A stretch of DNA of 60,993 bases, filler included, from 5 parts of 5 records of this genome joined end to end with filler, not necessarily neighbours in it, one strand, 5' to 3'; shown: positions 1-8,781, numbered from the whole stretch's first letter. Translations and numbers: made by a program. Notes: generated by a model from the letters alone, not told the origin.

Positions 1-31
1 TGAGCGGATGATCGGCGATATGAACCTGCAT
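1..31 (-). CDS. upp: Uracil phosphoribosyltransferase, N-terminal fragment (runs off the window start)
   Basis: The reverse strand from ATG at 31 reads MQVHIADHPL, matching the actinobacterial Upp N-terminus (MxVHVADHPL). It is divergent from tadA. Only 10 codons are visible. Confidence 0.75.
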   Translation of the reverse strand, partial: MQVHIADHPL

Positions 32-65
32 GGCCTAACCCTAGCCGAGCTAGGGTTAGGCCATG
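29..65. promoter_or_regulatory. Perfect 17-bp inverted repeat forming a bidirectional leaderless promoter for upp and tadA
   Basis: CATGGCCTAACCCTAGC-cga-GCTAGGGTTAGGCCATG. Each strand reads TAGGGT-N6-ATG (TANNNT -10 box at 51-56 on +, 38-43 on -). Confidence 0.7.
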
Positions 66-521
66 GCTGAGCATGAAGAGGCGATGGAGCGCCTAATTCA
101 GGTGGCTCAGCACGCGCTGGAGACGGGCGACGTGCCGGTGGCGGCCGCGGTGATGGACCCCGAGGGCTTTGTCATTGCCACCGCCACTAATACCAAAGAA
201 CGCGACAGCGATCCGACCGCTCATGCTGAAATTCTCGCACTTCGCGCAGCAGGCAAGGCCCTAGGGCTAGCGAATCTCCAGGGCCACACCCTTATGGTGA
301 CCCTGGAGCCCTGCGTAATGTGTGCCGGTGCGATTACCCAGGCTCGGATTAGTCAACTGGTGTTTGGGGCGTGGGATGACAAAGCAGGTGCTGCGGGGAG
401 CAAGCACGATTTAGTGCGCGATCGAACTTTGCCGCACCGCGTAGAGGAAGTCATTGGGGGCGTCCTGGAAGAACAGTGCTCGAGATTATTGACGGATTTC
501 TTTTCCCTCAGGAAGAGCTAG
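63..521 (+). CDS. tadA: tRNA adenosine(34) deaminase / nucleoside deaminase
   Basis: HAE and PCVMC zinc-binding motifs, with GDVPVAA, TLEPC and a C-terminal LLTDFF typical of TadA. Confidence 0.85.
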   Translation: MAEHEEAMERLIQVAQHALETGDVPVAAAVMDPEGFVIATATNTKERDSDPTAHAEILALRAAGKALGLANLQGHTLMVTLEPCVMCAGAITQARISQLVFGAWDDKAGAAGSKHDLVRDRTLPHRVEEVIGGVLEEQCSRLLTDFFSLRKS

Positions 522-529
522 GCGGCGCC

Positions 530-910
530 TCACCACAGCACAGCAATAGCTACGTTTGCCAGTGCTAGCGCGCCGGAGACGTGGAGAAGAGGCCGCAGGG
601 CCCGCTGGTTTCCGGTGGGGGACACTCTACGTTGGCGTACTCGGGCCTTCAGAGCAACAACAAAGATGGCCGAAGCCGCGACGAGCTTCACCCCAATTTT
701 CACGTAGTTGAGAGACATTTCGTCGTCTGCCAGGCGCATTTCGGCCACGCCGGTCAGGGCGATTCCGGTCAACAGTTGAACGGTAGCTCCGGTCAGCACC
801 CAGCCAAAGGCGTAGTTCGTGCGGGCGCGCATCTGGATAAAGAATGGGCCAAGAATCATGGCCAGTCCCAAGAAGTGAACGATCAGGGTGAGGTTTCGGG
901 CCAGTTCCAC
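530..910 (-). CDS. Small integral membrane protein (about 4 TM helices), conserved actinobacterial hypothetical
   Basis: 126-aa ORF with four hydrophobic segments (e.g. HFLGLAMILG, QLLTGIALTG, KIGVKLV). GTG start preceded by AAGGA. Confidence 0.7.
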   Translation of the reverse strand: MELARNLTLIVHFLGLAMILGPFFIQMRARTNYAFGWVLTGATVQLLTGIALTGVAEMRLADDEMSLNYVKIGVKLVAASAIFVVALKARVRQRRVSPTGNQRALRPLLHVSGALALANVAIAVLW

Positions 911-922
911 GGGGATCCTTAG

Positions 923-1261
923 TTAGTCGGATGCTCTAATAACAATAACGTCGGTGGCGGGATCTTCTCGGGCAGGATCTCGGGCAAGTTCAGGCTCGAT
1001 ATAGATTTCCACCGTGTCACCGACAATCTCCCGCACCCGTCTTTTGGTGTCGTCGAGGGCTTTCGAGAGCACATAGACGGGGAGCGAATCGCTCATTTGA
1101 ACGGTGGCGGCAATCACCGGGTGACCATCGGGGTCGCTGGTCACCGAGAGGCGGAGCACCGCCTGTGCATCAGGGCCCTCCATGAGGGCGCCAAGAATAG
1201 GCTCTCGCTCGGGAAGCGGTTCGTGAGAAATTTTCTTGCCCACTGTGGCTCCTGTCATCAC
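923..1261 (-). CDS. Stand-alone domain resembling the cytoplasmic C-terminal domain of a cation diffusion facilitator (CDF) transporter
   Basis: No TM helices. It ends in ..ALDDTKRRVRE..IYIEPE..PATDVIVIRASD, which resembles from memory the C-terminus of Microbacteriaceae CDF transporters found near tadA and proC. Confidence 0.5.
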   Translation of the reverse strand: MMTGATVGKKISHEPLPEREPILGALMEGPDAQAVLRLSVTSDPDGHPVIAATVQMSDSLPVYVLSKALDDTKRRVREIVGDTVEIYIEPELARDPAREDPATDVIVIRASD

Positions 1262-1300
1262 GCATCGTCGCTGGCAACGTCCCCAATCTACACTGGCACT

Positions 1301-2125
1301 ATGACCCGATCACTTCCTCACATTGCGTTCATTGGTACCGGAAACATGGGTGGCGCCATAGTCTCGGGGCTTGTCGGCAGCGAACAGCAGGCGGCAGGCA
1401 TCCGGGCCACCACGCGAACCGCCGCGTCTGCCCAGGCATTAGGGGCCCACGGGATTGATGCCAAAGCTCTCGAAGCAGACCCCAACGCCAATCTCTGGGC
1501 GGTAGCGGAGGCCGACATGATTGTTCTGGGCGTCAAGCCTTACCAAATTCTCGAGGTGCTAACCGAGCTTGCCGGCCAGGCAAAGGCGGGAGCGACCATG
1601 GTGAGCGTTGCCGGCGGAATCACCATCGCATCGATGGAAGAGCGCTGGCCAGGCGCCGTGGTGAGGTGTATGCCCAACACACCCTCGCAGGTGGGCAAGG
1701 GTGTTGCCGGGGTGAGCCGAGGGAGTCGGGTGAGTGATGATCAAGTCGCTGATGTTGAGGCTCTTTTTGCCACCGTCGGCGACGTCATCACGATTGATGA
1801 ATCCTCTCTTAACGCACTGAGCTCCCTGTCAGGCTCGGGCCCTGCCTATGTGTATTTCTTCATGGAGCGCTTTATGGACATCGCCCACGAGTGCGGTTTC
1901 ACGCCGGCTCAGGCTCGCACCATGGTTACGGGCACCTTTGCCGGGGCGCTGGACCTTCTCGAAGCGACGCAGAAAGATCCCGGTCAGCTCCGTCAAGAAG
2001 TCACCAGCCCGAAAGGGTCCACCTACGAAGCACTCAGGGTTTTTGAGGAAGCTGATATCGGAGCCATCATCCGCAAAGCTACGCAGGCAGCTATCACACG
2101 GTCGGACGAAATGGCGAGCGAGTAG
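1301..2125 (+). CDS. proC: Pyrroline-5-carboxylate reductase
   Basis: GTGNMG Rossmann motif, VKP, RCMPNTP, SGSGPAY, VTSPKGST. Start moved to ATG 1301, which follows TACACT-N6. Confidence 0.95.
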   Translation: MTRSLPHIAFIGTGNMGGAIVSGLVGSEQQAAGIRATTRTAASAQALGAHGIDAKALEADPNANLWAVAEADMIVLGVKPYQILEVLTELAGQAKAGATMVSVAGGITIASMEERWPGAVVRCMPNTPSQVGKGVAGVSRGSRVSDDQVADVEALFATVGDVITIDESSLNALSSLSGSGPAYVYFFMERFMDIAHECGFTPAQARTMVTGTFAGALDLLEATQKDPGQLRQEVTSPKGSTYEALRVFEEADIGAIIRKATQAAITRSDEMASE

Positions 2126-2797
2126 CTATTTTTCTAGGGCCGCAAAGGCTTCGATGTCTTCGTTGGTACCCGACACGATAATCAAGTCGTGATTGGTGAC
2201 GACTGTTTTTTCGGTCGCATACGTAAAAGGCTTACCCGGTGATTTGACTCCCACCACGGTGATGTGGTGTTTGGAGCGAACTTTGGAATCCTCGAGTGAC
2301 AGTCCTCGAATGGGCTTGGGTGGATACATCTTGACCAACGCAAAGTTGTCATCGAATCGAATGAAGTCGATCATTCGCCCCGACACGAGGTGAGCCACTC
2401 GCTCTCCGGCTTCACGCTCGGGGTAGATCACGCGGTGGGCGCCAATGCGGGTCAGGATCTTTCCATGGGACTCGCTAATGGCTTTGGCCCAAATCTGTGG
2501 CACTTTGAGATCCACCAGGTTCGTGGTGATGAGGACACTGGCCTCAATGGAAGATCCGGTGGCGACAACAGCCACAGGAAAATCGGCCGCACCAATTTGC
2601 TGCAGGGCACTCATGTTTCGAGCATCCAGCACGGCGGTGTGCCGCACGCGCTCGGACCATTTCTGGACGAGGGCGGGGTCTTCGTCGACGGCAAGCACGT
2701 CTCTGCCGAGCTTGTCGAGTTCGCCCGCGGTGGCAGCGCCAAAGCGGCCTAGTCCAATAACGAGGACTGGTGCATCATGGGGAATTTTCTCAACCAA
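2126..2797 (-). CDS. trkA: TrkA/KtrA-family potassium uptake protein (RCK domains)
   Basis: VLVIGLGRFG NAD-binding motif, AKA..H..IL..IGA..VIYPE, and a C-terminal TrkA-C domain. Likely TTG start at 2797, overlapping the trkH stop. Confidence 0.9.
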   Translation of the reverse strand: MVEKIPHDAPVLVIGLGRFGAATAGELDKLGRDVLAVDEDPALVQKWSERVRHTAVLDARNMSALQQIGAADFPVAVVATGSSIEASVLITTNLVDLKVPQIWAKAISESHGKILTRIGAHRVIYPEREAGERVAHLVSGRMIDFIRFDDNFALVKMYPPKPIRGLSLEDSKVRSKHHITVVGVKSPGKPFTYATEKTVVTNHDLIIVSGTNEDIEAFAALEK

Positions 2798-4319
2798 CGA
2801 TTGGCCTTTCTTTTGCCCGGCGATAAATCGTCTGCCGGTGGGTTCCACTCAAAGCAGTAGCCAGCGTCACTGTACCAACACGACCCAACAGCATGGTGGC
2901 CGAGAGGATGAACTTTGCGGATTCGGGCAAATCTGAGGTGGTGAATCCTGCACTCAAACCGCAGGTGGCAAAGGCAGAAATCACGTCAAAGAGCACCCGA
3001 TCTAGGGGTGCATCGGTCACGCGCAGCAGGGCGATGGTCGAAATCGCCACGATGCTTGCCCCCCACAACACCACGCTGACAGCCAGGCGAACGGTGTCGG
3101 AGGGAATGCGACGTTCATACACAACGATGTCCTGGCTGCCGCGAGATTCTGCGAAAGCGGCGAGGAAAAGAATGGCCAGGGTGGTCACTTTGATGCCTCC
3201 TGCGGTCGAGGCGGACCCACCTCCGACGAACATCAACATGTCTAACACCAACAAGGTGGCGCTGCCGAATTCGGAGGTATCGACGGTGGAGAATCCGCCA
3301 GAGCGGGCCATCATCGATGTAAAGAGGGCTGTCATGCCCTTCGTGCCAGCGGGCTGGGAACCCAAAGTATCTTGGTTGGTCCATTCCAAAATGCCGATTG
3401 CCAGGGCGCCGATGAACAATAAAACTGTGGTGGTAAACAAGGTCAATCGCGCGTGCATTCCCAACCGGGCGTGATCCCACGTGCGCCGCTGACGGCGCAT
3501 GCGCGCCGTTCGGATGGCGCGAGAAATTGCATAAATTACTGGGAAACCTATGCTCCCGAGGAAGACTCCCACCCCGATGGTGAAGACCATGAGGGGGTCC
3601 TGTGCGAAGGGTGTAAGCCCGTCGACGAGAGGAACAAAACCCGTGTTGGTGAAGGCAGATGCCGCGAGGTAACCGCCCTGCCATGCGGCAGTGACAGGGT
3701 CAAGGCCCCAGGCAATTAGTCGGGGAATAATGATGGCCGCAAGAGCGAGCTCGATCGCGATCACACTGATGAACACTGTCTTTAGCAGGCCCTTCACATC
3801 GCCCAGACGCATGCCATATCCCTCTGAAGTTTCGCGTTCATGGAGGCGAGAGGGGTCGACATCGCCGGCCATCATCTTGCGCACCGAGAGGCCCAGGCGC
3901 TTGGAGGCAATCACGGCGAGGAGGGTGGCAAGTGTCATGACGCCGATTCCGCCGACCTGCAGGGCAACAAAAACAATGGCGTGTCCCGCCCCAGACCAGT
4001 GGGTTGCCATGTCCACGGCGGTCAGCCCTGTCACACAAATCGCTGAGGTGGCGGTGAAGAGCGCGTCAGCGAGAGGCGTTGCCTCTCCGCTCGCTGAGGC
4101 GAAGGGCATCATCAGCAAACCCGTCGTCACGCCGACGAGAAAAATGAAAATGGCGACCGTTGTCGTTGCTGCCTGACCGCCGAGAAGAGCCTGGAGGCGA
4201 TACGCAACGCCTCGGATGCCGGTGGGAACGGAGTAAGGGGCAAGTCCCGGGATACCACTCAAGCGTTCGCTTCGAGACCGCTTGACGCGACGCTTGAGGT
4301 TGGTAAGCCACGAGGACAC
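2790..4319 (-). CDS. trkH: TrkH/KtrB-family potassium uptake membrane protein
   Basis: Four pore-loop motifs (SAICVTGL, SAFTNTGF, ARSGGF, SAFATCGLS) and GGGSASTAGGIKVTT. Confidence 0.92.
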   Translation of the reverse strand: MSSWLTNLKRRVKRSRSERLSGIPGLAPYSVPTGIRGVAYRLQALLGGQAATTTVAIFIFLVGVTTGLLMMPFASASGEATPLADALFTATSAICVTGLTAVDMATHWSGAGHAIVFVALQVGGIGVMTLATLLAVIASKRLGLSVRKMMAGDVDPSRLHERETSEGYGMRLGDVKGLLKTVFISVIAIELALAAIIIPRLIAWGLDPVTAAWQGGYLAASAFTNTGFVPLVDGLTPFAQDPLMVFTIGVGVFLGSIGFPVIYAISRAIRTARMRRQRRTWDHARLGMHARLTLFTTTVLLFIGALAIGILEWTNQDTLGSQPAGTKGMTALFTSMMARSGGFSTVDTSEFGSATLLVLDMLMFVGGGSASTAGGIKVTTLAILFLAAFAESRGSQDIVVYERRIPSDTVRLAVSVVLWGASIVAISTIALLRVTDAPLDRVLFDVISAFATCGLSAGFTTSDLPESAKFILSATMLLGRVGTVTLATALSGTHRQTIYRRAKERPIVG

Positions 4320-4401
4320 CTTCGCCTACTCGCTTCCTGGCTGCCAGGAGGACAACCGCCAGCCATGGTACTCCTCCCCGGGGCGAAGTACGATTGAAAC
4401 C

Positions 4402-4785
4402 ATGGCAGACGTATTTGATGTGGTGGCAGACCCGACTAGGCGCGACATTGTGCGGTTGCTTCATGACCACCCAGGTTCTGGCGAAATGAGTGTGGGTGAG
4501 TTGGTGGAGGCGTTGGGTATCACCCAGCCCACCGTTTCCAAGCACCTCAAGGTCCTGCGAGAAGCTGGGCTTGTCGGAGTTCGCGAAGACGGTCAGCATC
4601 GCTACTACCGGTTTGAGGCAGGTGCTTTGGCAGATCTGAGCATGTGGATGAGCGAGGTTGGTCAGCGACCGTCACAGCCTCGGGTTTCCCCCTATGTGGA
4701 TCTCACTTTTGCAGGTCGAGCACTGGGGGGCATTCTTCGTGACGCCAGCGATCGGGTGTCTGCAGTGTGGGGAAAGCTGCAGTGA
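4402..4785 (+). CDS. ArsR/SmtB-family transcriptional regulator
   Basis: ADPTRRDI..SVGELV..LGITQPTVSKHLKVLREAGLV winged HTH. ATG 4402 follows TACGAT-N7. Confidence 0.9.
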   Translation: MADVFDVVADPTRRDIVRLLHDHPGSGEMSVGELVEALGITQPTVSKHLKVLREAGLVGVREDGQHRYYRFEAGALADLSMWMSEVGQRPSQPRVSPYVDLTFAGRALGGILRDASDRVSAVWGKLQ

Positions 4786-4865
4786 TAACCCTTTACAAGC
4801 TACGAACCGGCATTTAGTGTGGGAAGGTGGCCACCTGGCCACACCTCCCTAACACCATCGGCCGG

Positions 4866-5075
4866 ATGAATCAGACATTTGCAGAGATCCGCTTTCTCAC
4901 CGTCGGTGAGGTAGCTCAGATGATGCGCGTGTCAACGATGACCGTTTATCGGATGGTCCACTCGGGTGACATTCCAGCAATTCGTTTTGGACGCTCCTTC
5001 CGCATCCCTGAATCGGTGGTGCTTGAGATGGCGCAGGAGTCTGTGGTGTCAGACAAATTCGACCAGGTCGGATAG
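4866..5075 (+). CDS. Excisionase-family (HTH_17) DNA-binding protein, Rv0500A-like
   Basis: RFLTVGEVAQMMRVSTMTVYRMVHSGDIPAIRFGRSFRIPE. Conserved position upstream of bS22 in Actinobacteria. Confidence 0.88.
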   Translation: MNQTFAEIRFLTVGEVAQMMRVSTMTVYRMVHSGDIPAIRFGRSFRIPESVVLEMAQESVVSDKFDQVG

Positions 5076-5152
5076 CGCCCAGCCTCTGCGCTAGAGTGGG
5101 GAAGTTGTCCACACGGACAACGACCTATTCCCAAGCTTTATAAGGAAACTTA

Positions 5153-5251
5153 ATGGGCTCCGTTATCAAAAAGCGTCGCAAGCGTATGGCGAAGAAGAAG
5201 CACCGCAAGTTGCTTCGCAAAACCCGCCACCAGCGTCGCAACAAGAAGTAG
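5153..5251 (+). CDS. 30S ribosomal protein bS22 (AURKAIP1/COX24 domain)
   Basis: 32-aa ORF MGSVIKKRRKRMAKKKHRKLLRKTRHQRRNKK with an AAGGA RBS. Too short for the supplied ORF track. Confidence 0.95.
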   Translation: MGSVIKKRRKRMAKKKHRKLLRKTRHQRRNKK

Positions 5252-5277
5252 CTCGCTGAGCGAATGCGCTGGTCCCG

Positions 5278-6036
5278 CTAGTCGTGACCAGCGCTTTTCT
5301 CTGCCCTCTTGGTCCGTGAGGCCTGGTATCTTTTCGACCCTTCCGGCCACACGATGGGCCAGGCATTGTCGGTGGCATGTTTCAAAAGGCCCGCGTCGGG
5401 ATTGACGGCAACCGGGTGCCCGACGAGGCCCAGCAGAGGAAGATCCGCGACGGAATCCGAGTAGGCGTAACACTCGTTAAGGTCTGCCCCGAGCTTCGTG
5501 GCGAAGGCGACAGCTTTTTCTTCTTTCAGCGGGCCATGGAGTAGTTCGCCGTCAATTTCTCCGGTGAACTTTCCGTCGCTTTCGATCAACGTGGTACCGA
5601 ACGCACCGGCCAAGCGCAAGTCCCGCGCCATGACGGACGCCAGACCCTGGGGGCTCGCGGTGAGAAGCCAGACTTGGTGACCCTGCTCCTGGTGGTCGCG
5701 GAGTTGTTGGAGGACTTTGGGGAAAATTTTCGGCGCGATAGACCGGCGCCAGGCGACCTCTGCGATGCGATCGAATTCCGCCACCGAATGTCCTGCGACT
5801 AACGCCTGAGCACGTTCTCTTGTGGATGTTATGCGCGCGGGGCTTTCCCCTTTTTTGATGAACGCCCGCTGATGAAACAGCGCGGGGATGACGTGGCGCC
5901 ACTTGATGTAGCCGGATTTCCAGGCTTCCATGGCAAACATGAAAATTGTTGCGCCTCTGATCAAAGTGTTATCAACGTCAACAAAAACAAGCACAGGAGT
6001 TTCTGTGCTTGTGGGAAGTTTTTTCTCCTGAGCCAT
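5278..6036 (-). CDS. HAD-IB family hydrolase (SerB1-like)
   Basis: DVDNTL motif I, TAS motif II, K, YSDSVADLPLL..VGHPVAVNPD motif III. Start placed at MAQEKK (6036). Confidence 0.9.
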   Translation of the reverse strand: MAQEKKLPTSTETPVLVFVDVDNTLIRGATIFMFAMEAWKSGYIKWRHVIPALFHQRAFIKKGESPARITSTRERAQALVAGHSVAEFDRIAEVAWRRSIAPKIFPKVLQQLRDHQEQGHQVWLLTASPQGLASVMARDLRLAGAFGTTLIESDGKFTGEIDGELLHGPLKEEKAVAFATKLGADLNECYAYSDSVADLPLLGLVGHPVAVNPDAGLLKHATDNAWPIVWPEGSKRYQASRTKRAEKSAGHD

Positions 6037-6061
6037 TGGACACTCAGCATAGGCTGAGTAG

Positions 6062-6334
6062 ATGAACCAGGTCGCCATCACCGTGATTGGTAGGGATGCT
6101 TGTCATCTCTGTGATGAGGCCTTGCCCATTGTCGAGGAAGTTGTTGCCGCTTTTTCCAATGTCAGCCTCGCGAAGGCGAGGGTGGAGGATCAGCCAGGCT
6201 GGCTCGAGCTGTATTCGGACAAAGTTCCGGTGGTCTTGATTGACTCGGTCGAACATTGTCACTGGCACGTCCAGTACGGAGCCCTCCGCGAAGCGGTGCT
6301 GCGCGCTGGGGGTCTTCTGTTAGCTCAGGATTAA
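6062..6334 (+). CDS. Glutaredoxin-like protein (DUF836 type)
   Basis: CHLC motif and VPVVLID. ATG follows TAGGCT-N6. Confidence 0.85.
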   Translation: MNQVAITVIGRDACHLCDEALPIVEEVVAAFSNVSLAKARVEDQPGWLELYSDKVPVVLIDSVEHCHWHVQYGALREAVLRAGGLLLAQD

Positions 6335-6350
6335 GGGTAGAACTGTAGTT

Positions 6351-6890
6351 ATGTCCTCGACGAGAACCCCAGACCCCACTCCCGGTTGGCTCTCCGATGA
6401 AGAGTTAGCCGAGATAAGACACAGATTGCCCCTGCTCTATGTCGAGGCAGTCCCGGTTCGACTGGATGGAATGGGTGAGGTTACCGAAGTTGGTTTGCTC
6501 TTGCGTGTCTCTAACGAGGGCGCTATCACCCGTGCACTCGTGTCGGGTCGAGTGATGTTTGGCGAAACTTTGCGGGATGCGCTCTATCGCCATCTGGAAA
6601 AAGATTTAGGCCCTATGGCCTTCCCTCTGTTACCACCCTCGCCAACGCCCGTCCACGTTGCCGAGTATTTCCCTTTCCCCGGTTCCAAGTATCAGGACTC
6701 TCGCCAGCACGCAGTGTCGTTAGTGTTTGTGGTCCCCGTCACGGGGACGTGTGAACCGCGTCAAGACGCACTCGATATGACTTGGATGACCCCGGCTGAG
6801 GCAACCGCCTCCGAGGTCCTCTCCGAAATGGAGGGTGGTCGCGGTTCCCTGGTGAAAGCAGCGCTAGCCAGTGTGGGAGCGCTGCCCTAG
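6351..6890 (+). CDS. NUDIX-like actinobacterial protein (DUF4916 type)
   Basis: RTPDP..GWLS..EL..R.RLPLLYVEAVPVR and VSGRV..GETLRDAL.RHLEKDLG. Confidence 0.8.
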   Translation: MSSTRTPDPTPGWLSDEELAEIRHRLPLLYVEAVPVRLDGMGEVTEVGLLLRVSNEGAITRALVSGRVMFGETLRDALYRHLEKDLGPMAFPLLPPSPTPVHVAEYFPFPGSKYQDSRQHAVSLVFVVPVTGTCEPRQDALDMTWMTPAEATASEVLSEMEGGRGSLVKAALASVGALP

Positions 6891-7972
6891 CGTTTTCCGA
6901 TAGCGACGATGTCGATTACCTCGACCGATAGTCCGTCATGGCCAGTCTGCTGGCGGGGCCAGTTCTCCACGGAGAGTTCGGCCAGGTGGGGCGAGAGGAT
7001 TTTTCGCAGTTCCGCTTCGTGGAACAATCGATCCTCGGGTGGTCGGCGAAGCCCGGCGTGGAGATCCAGGATGCTGTGACCGACAATGACAAGTTGGCCA
7101 CCTGGAGCTACGGCTGCTGCCATCGTGCTCCAGAGCGCGTGGCGTTCGGGAGCTAGGAAGTGACCAAAAAAGCTGAGGACGAGGTCATATTTTTCTGAGG
7201 GGGATGGCAACTCTTCGCGTGCCGCATCGAGAGCAATCCAGCGGATACTTCGTGGGAGGTGATCCTGGGTTACGGTTTCTTGCCTCCTGCTCTCGCCGCG
7301 CACCAAGCCTTCGACCGAAATATCCGTCGCCGTCACAGCCCAGCCCCGCCCTGCGAGCCAGAGGGCGTCACCACCTTCTCCTGCCCCCACATCCAGAGCC
7401 CTCCCAGGGGTGAGATCCGAGGCTATGGCCTCGAGAGCTTGGTTCACCTTGCCGCTCCACATCTTCGTCGTGCGATACCGCGCATCCCATGACGCCCCGG
7501 ATTCTGATCGCCAGGACGCAGCGAGCTTTCGCATGGCGCGGTGGCGCCACCACCAGAACAATCGAAAACCGACCCAGAGAAGGGGCGTGAGAGCTCCGGC
7601 ACGAAATTCAAGCTCGTCAGTGAGCTGTGTGGGCCCCACCCCCGTGGGGGACACCGTCATGGTGTGTTGGAAAGAGTTCACCGCTCCGAGGGTGCCGCTG
7701 ATCCCACGACCCTCATCCCGAAAGGTTTTCGCCATTGCCTCTTCGCTGGTCCGAGGGTTAATTTCTTGGGTCCCCATAGGGAGAAATCCCAGGGCGAGAG
7801 CTTCCACAAGGTAGCTTTCACCGCTGACCCAGGCTGCAGGAAAAACCCCAGGTCTGACGGGGCGGAAAGAAAGAAAAGGCCGAGAGACCTGCTGAAAGAC
7901 CTCGGGGTCATTGAGGGCGTTCCATGCCTCACTAACGGAGCAGCCAAGCGTTGTGGTGAGACAGATTTTCAT
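6887..7972 (-). CDS. Fusion of an N-terminal SRPBCC/START-like domain and a C-terminal class I SAM-dependent methyltransferase
   Basis: C-terminal WDARY..WSG.VN..PGRALDVGAGEGGDALWLA.RGW.VTA.D motif. N-terminal L.C...AW.AL..P..F..V and QLTDELEF..FWWWRH pattern. Confidence 0.7.
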   Translation of the reverse strand: MKICLTTTLGCSVSEAWNALNDPEVFQQVSRPFLSFRPVRPGVFPAAWVSGESYLVEALALGFLPMGTQEINPRTSEEAMAKTFRDEGRGISGTLGAVNSFQHTMTVSPTGVGPTQLTDELEFRAGALTPLLWVGFRLFWWWRHRAMRKLAASWRSESGASWDARYRTTKMWSGKVNQALEAIASDLTPGRALDVGAGEGGDALWLAGRGWAVTATDISVEGLVRGESRRQETVTQDHLPRSIRWIALDAAREELPSPSEKYDLVLSFFGHFLAPERHALWSTMAAAVAPGGQLVIVGHSILDLHAGLRRPPEDRLFHEAELRKILSPHLAELSVENWPRQQTGHDGLSVEVIDIVAIGKR

Positions 7973-8029
7973 ATCTCCCAGCTTGCCCTACCCCGCCTAA
8001 TGTTCAGCTTAGAAAGCTAGCCTGGAATC

Positions 8030-8329
8030 ATGAAAGCTACCCTCAACGGACTTGTCCTTGCCGATGCGCCGGAGTCCGATCTGGTGAAGATCGAGGGAAA
8101 CTGGTATTTCCCACCTGCCTCGGTGAACTTTCCTTTCTTGGAAGAAAGCCCCACCGCATATCACTGCCCGTGGAAGGGGGACTGTACCTATTTCACGATC
8201 ATGGTGGACGGCGCTGCGTTCCAGGACCGGGCCTTTGCCTATCGGAATCTCCGACCCGGTGCTGTCGAACGGGTGGGACACGATTTTGCCGGCTACGTCT
8301 GTTTCTGGAAGGACGTCTCAGTCGAGTAG
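8030..8329 (+). CDS. DUF427 domain protein
   Basis: IEGNWYFPP.SV and CPWKG.C.Y motifs. Confidence 0.9.
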   Translation: MKATLNGLVLADAPESDLVKIEGNWYFPPASVNFPFLEESPTAYHCPWKGDCTYFTIMVDGAAFQDRAFAYRNLRPGAVERVGHDFAGYVCFWKDVSVE

Positions 8330-8781
8330 GTCGCTCGAACCGACCACACAATCAGGTGGGTTTTATCAAAGCGGGGATTGCACTGTGCGCAGGAGGTCGG
8401 TTTTCCTGGTTTTCTGAAACGAATTATCTCGTGGCCACTAGGGCACCGACCAAGCCACTTCGCTCGATCGGTGGCGGGTGCTTGATGGTGGGTGCGGCCT
8501 CCGGTATAGCCGATGCGTGCGGCGATGCTGCGCCATTTTGTTCCGTGCCCTTCGCGAGATCCCGCGAGCGCATGAGCGATTTCGTGCAGAATTACCTGCT
8601 CCACATCGTCATCGCTGGCCTTGTCGCTGAGATGCCGAGACAGCGTGATGCGTTTGGTCCTGTGGTCACACTGACCAAACCGGGTGGTGGCGCGATCCCA
8701 TTCGAATCGCCACTCGGAGAGCAATCCATGGGTTGCCAGGAGGGATTCCGCCCTATTCTCAACCCATTTCAATTCCGACAT
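8293..8781 (-). CDS. SprT-like zinc metalloprotease domain protein
   Basis: ILHEIAHAL (HExxH), GH..W, and a C-terminal CPSGH..C..C zinc ribbon. Confidence 0.88.
   Translation of the reverse strand: MSELKWVENRAESLLATHGLLSEWRFEWDRATTRFGQCDHRTKRITLSRHLSDKASDDDVEQVILHEIAHALAGSREGHGTKWRSIAARIGYTGGRTHHQAPATDRAKWLGRCPSGHEIIRFRKPGKPTSCAQCNPRFDKTHLIVWSVRATYSTETSFQKQT

Noticed and set aside
1097..1300. N-terminal extensions in the ORF track for proC (also trkA, arsR, the HAD hydrolase, addB and galM)
   Set aside because: They overlap neighbouring genes and precede the family-typical N-termini. Better starts exist downstream.
4866..5075. Excisionase-like gene as evidence of a prophage or integrative element
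   Set aside because: There is no integrase or att site. It is the conserved chromosomal Rv0500A-like gene next to bS22.
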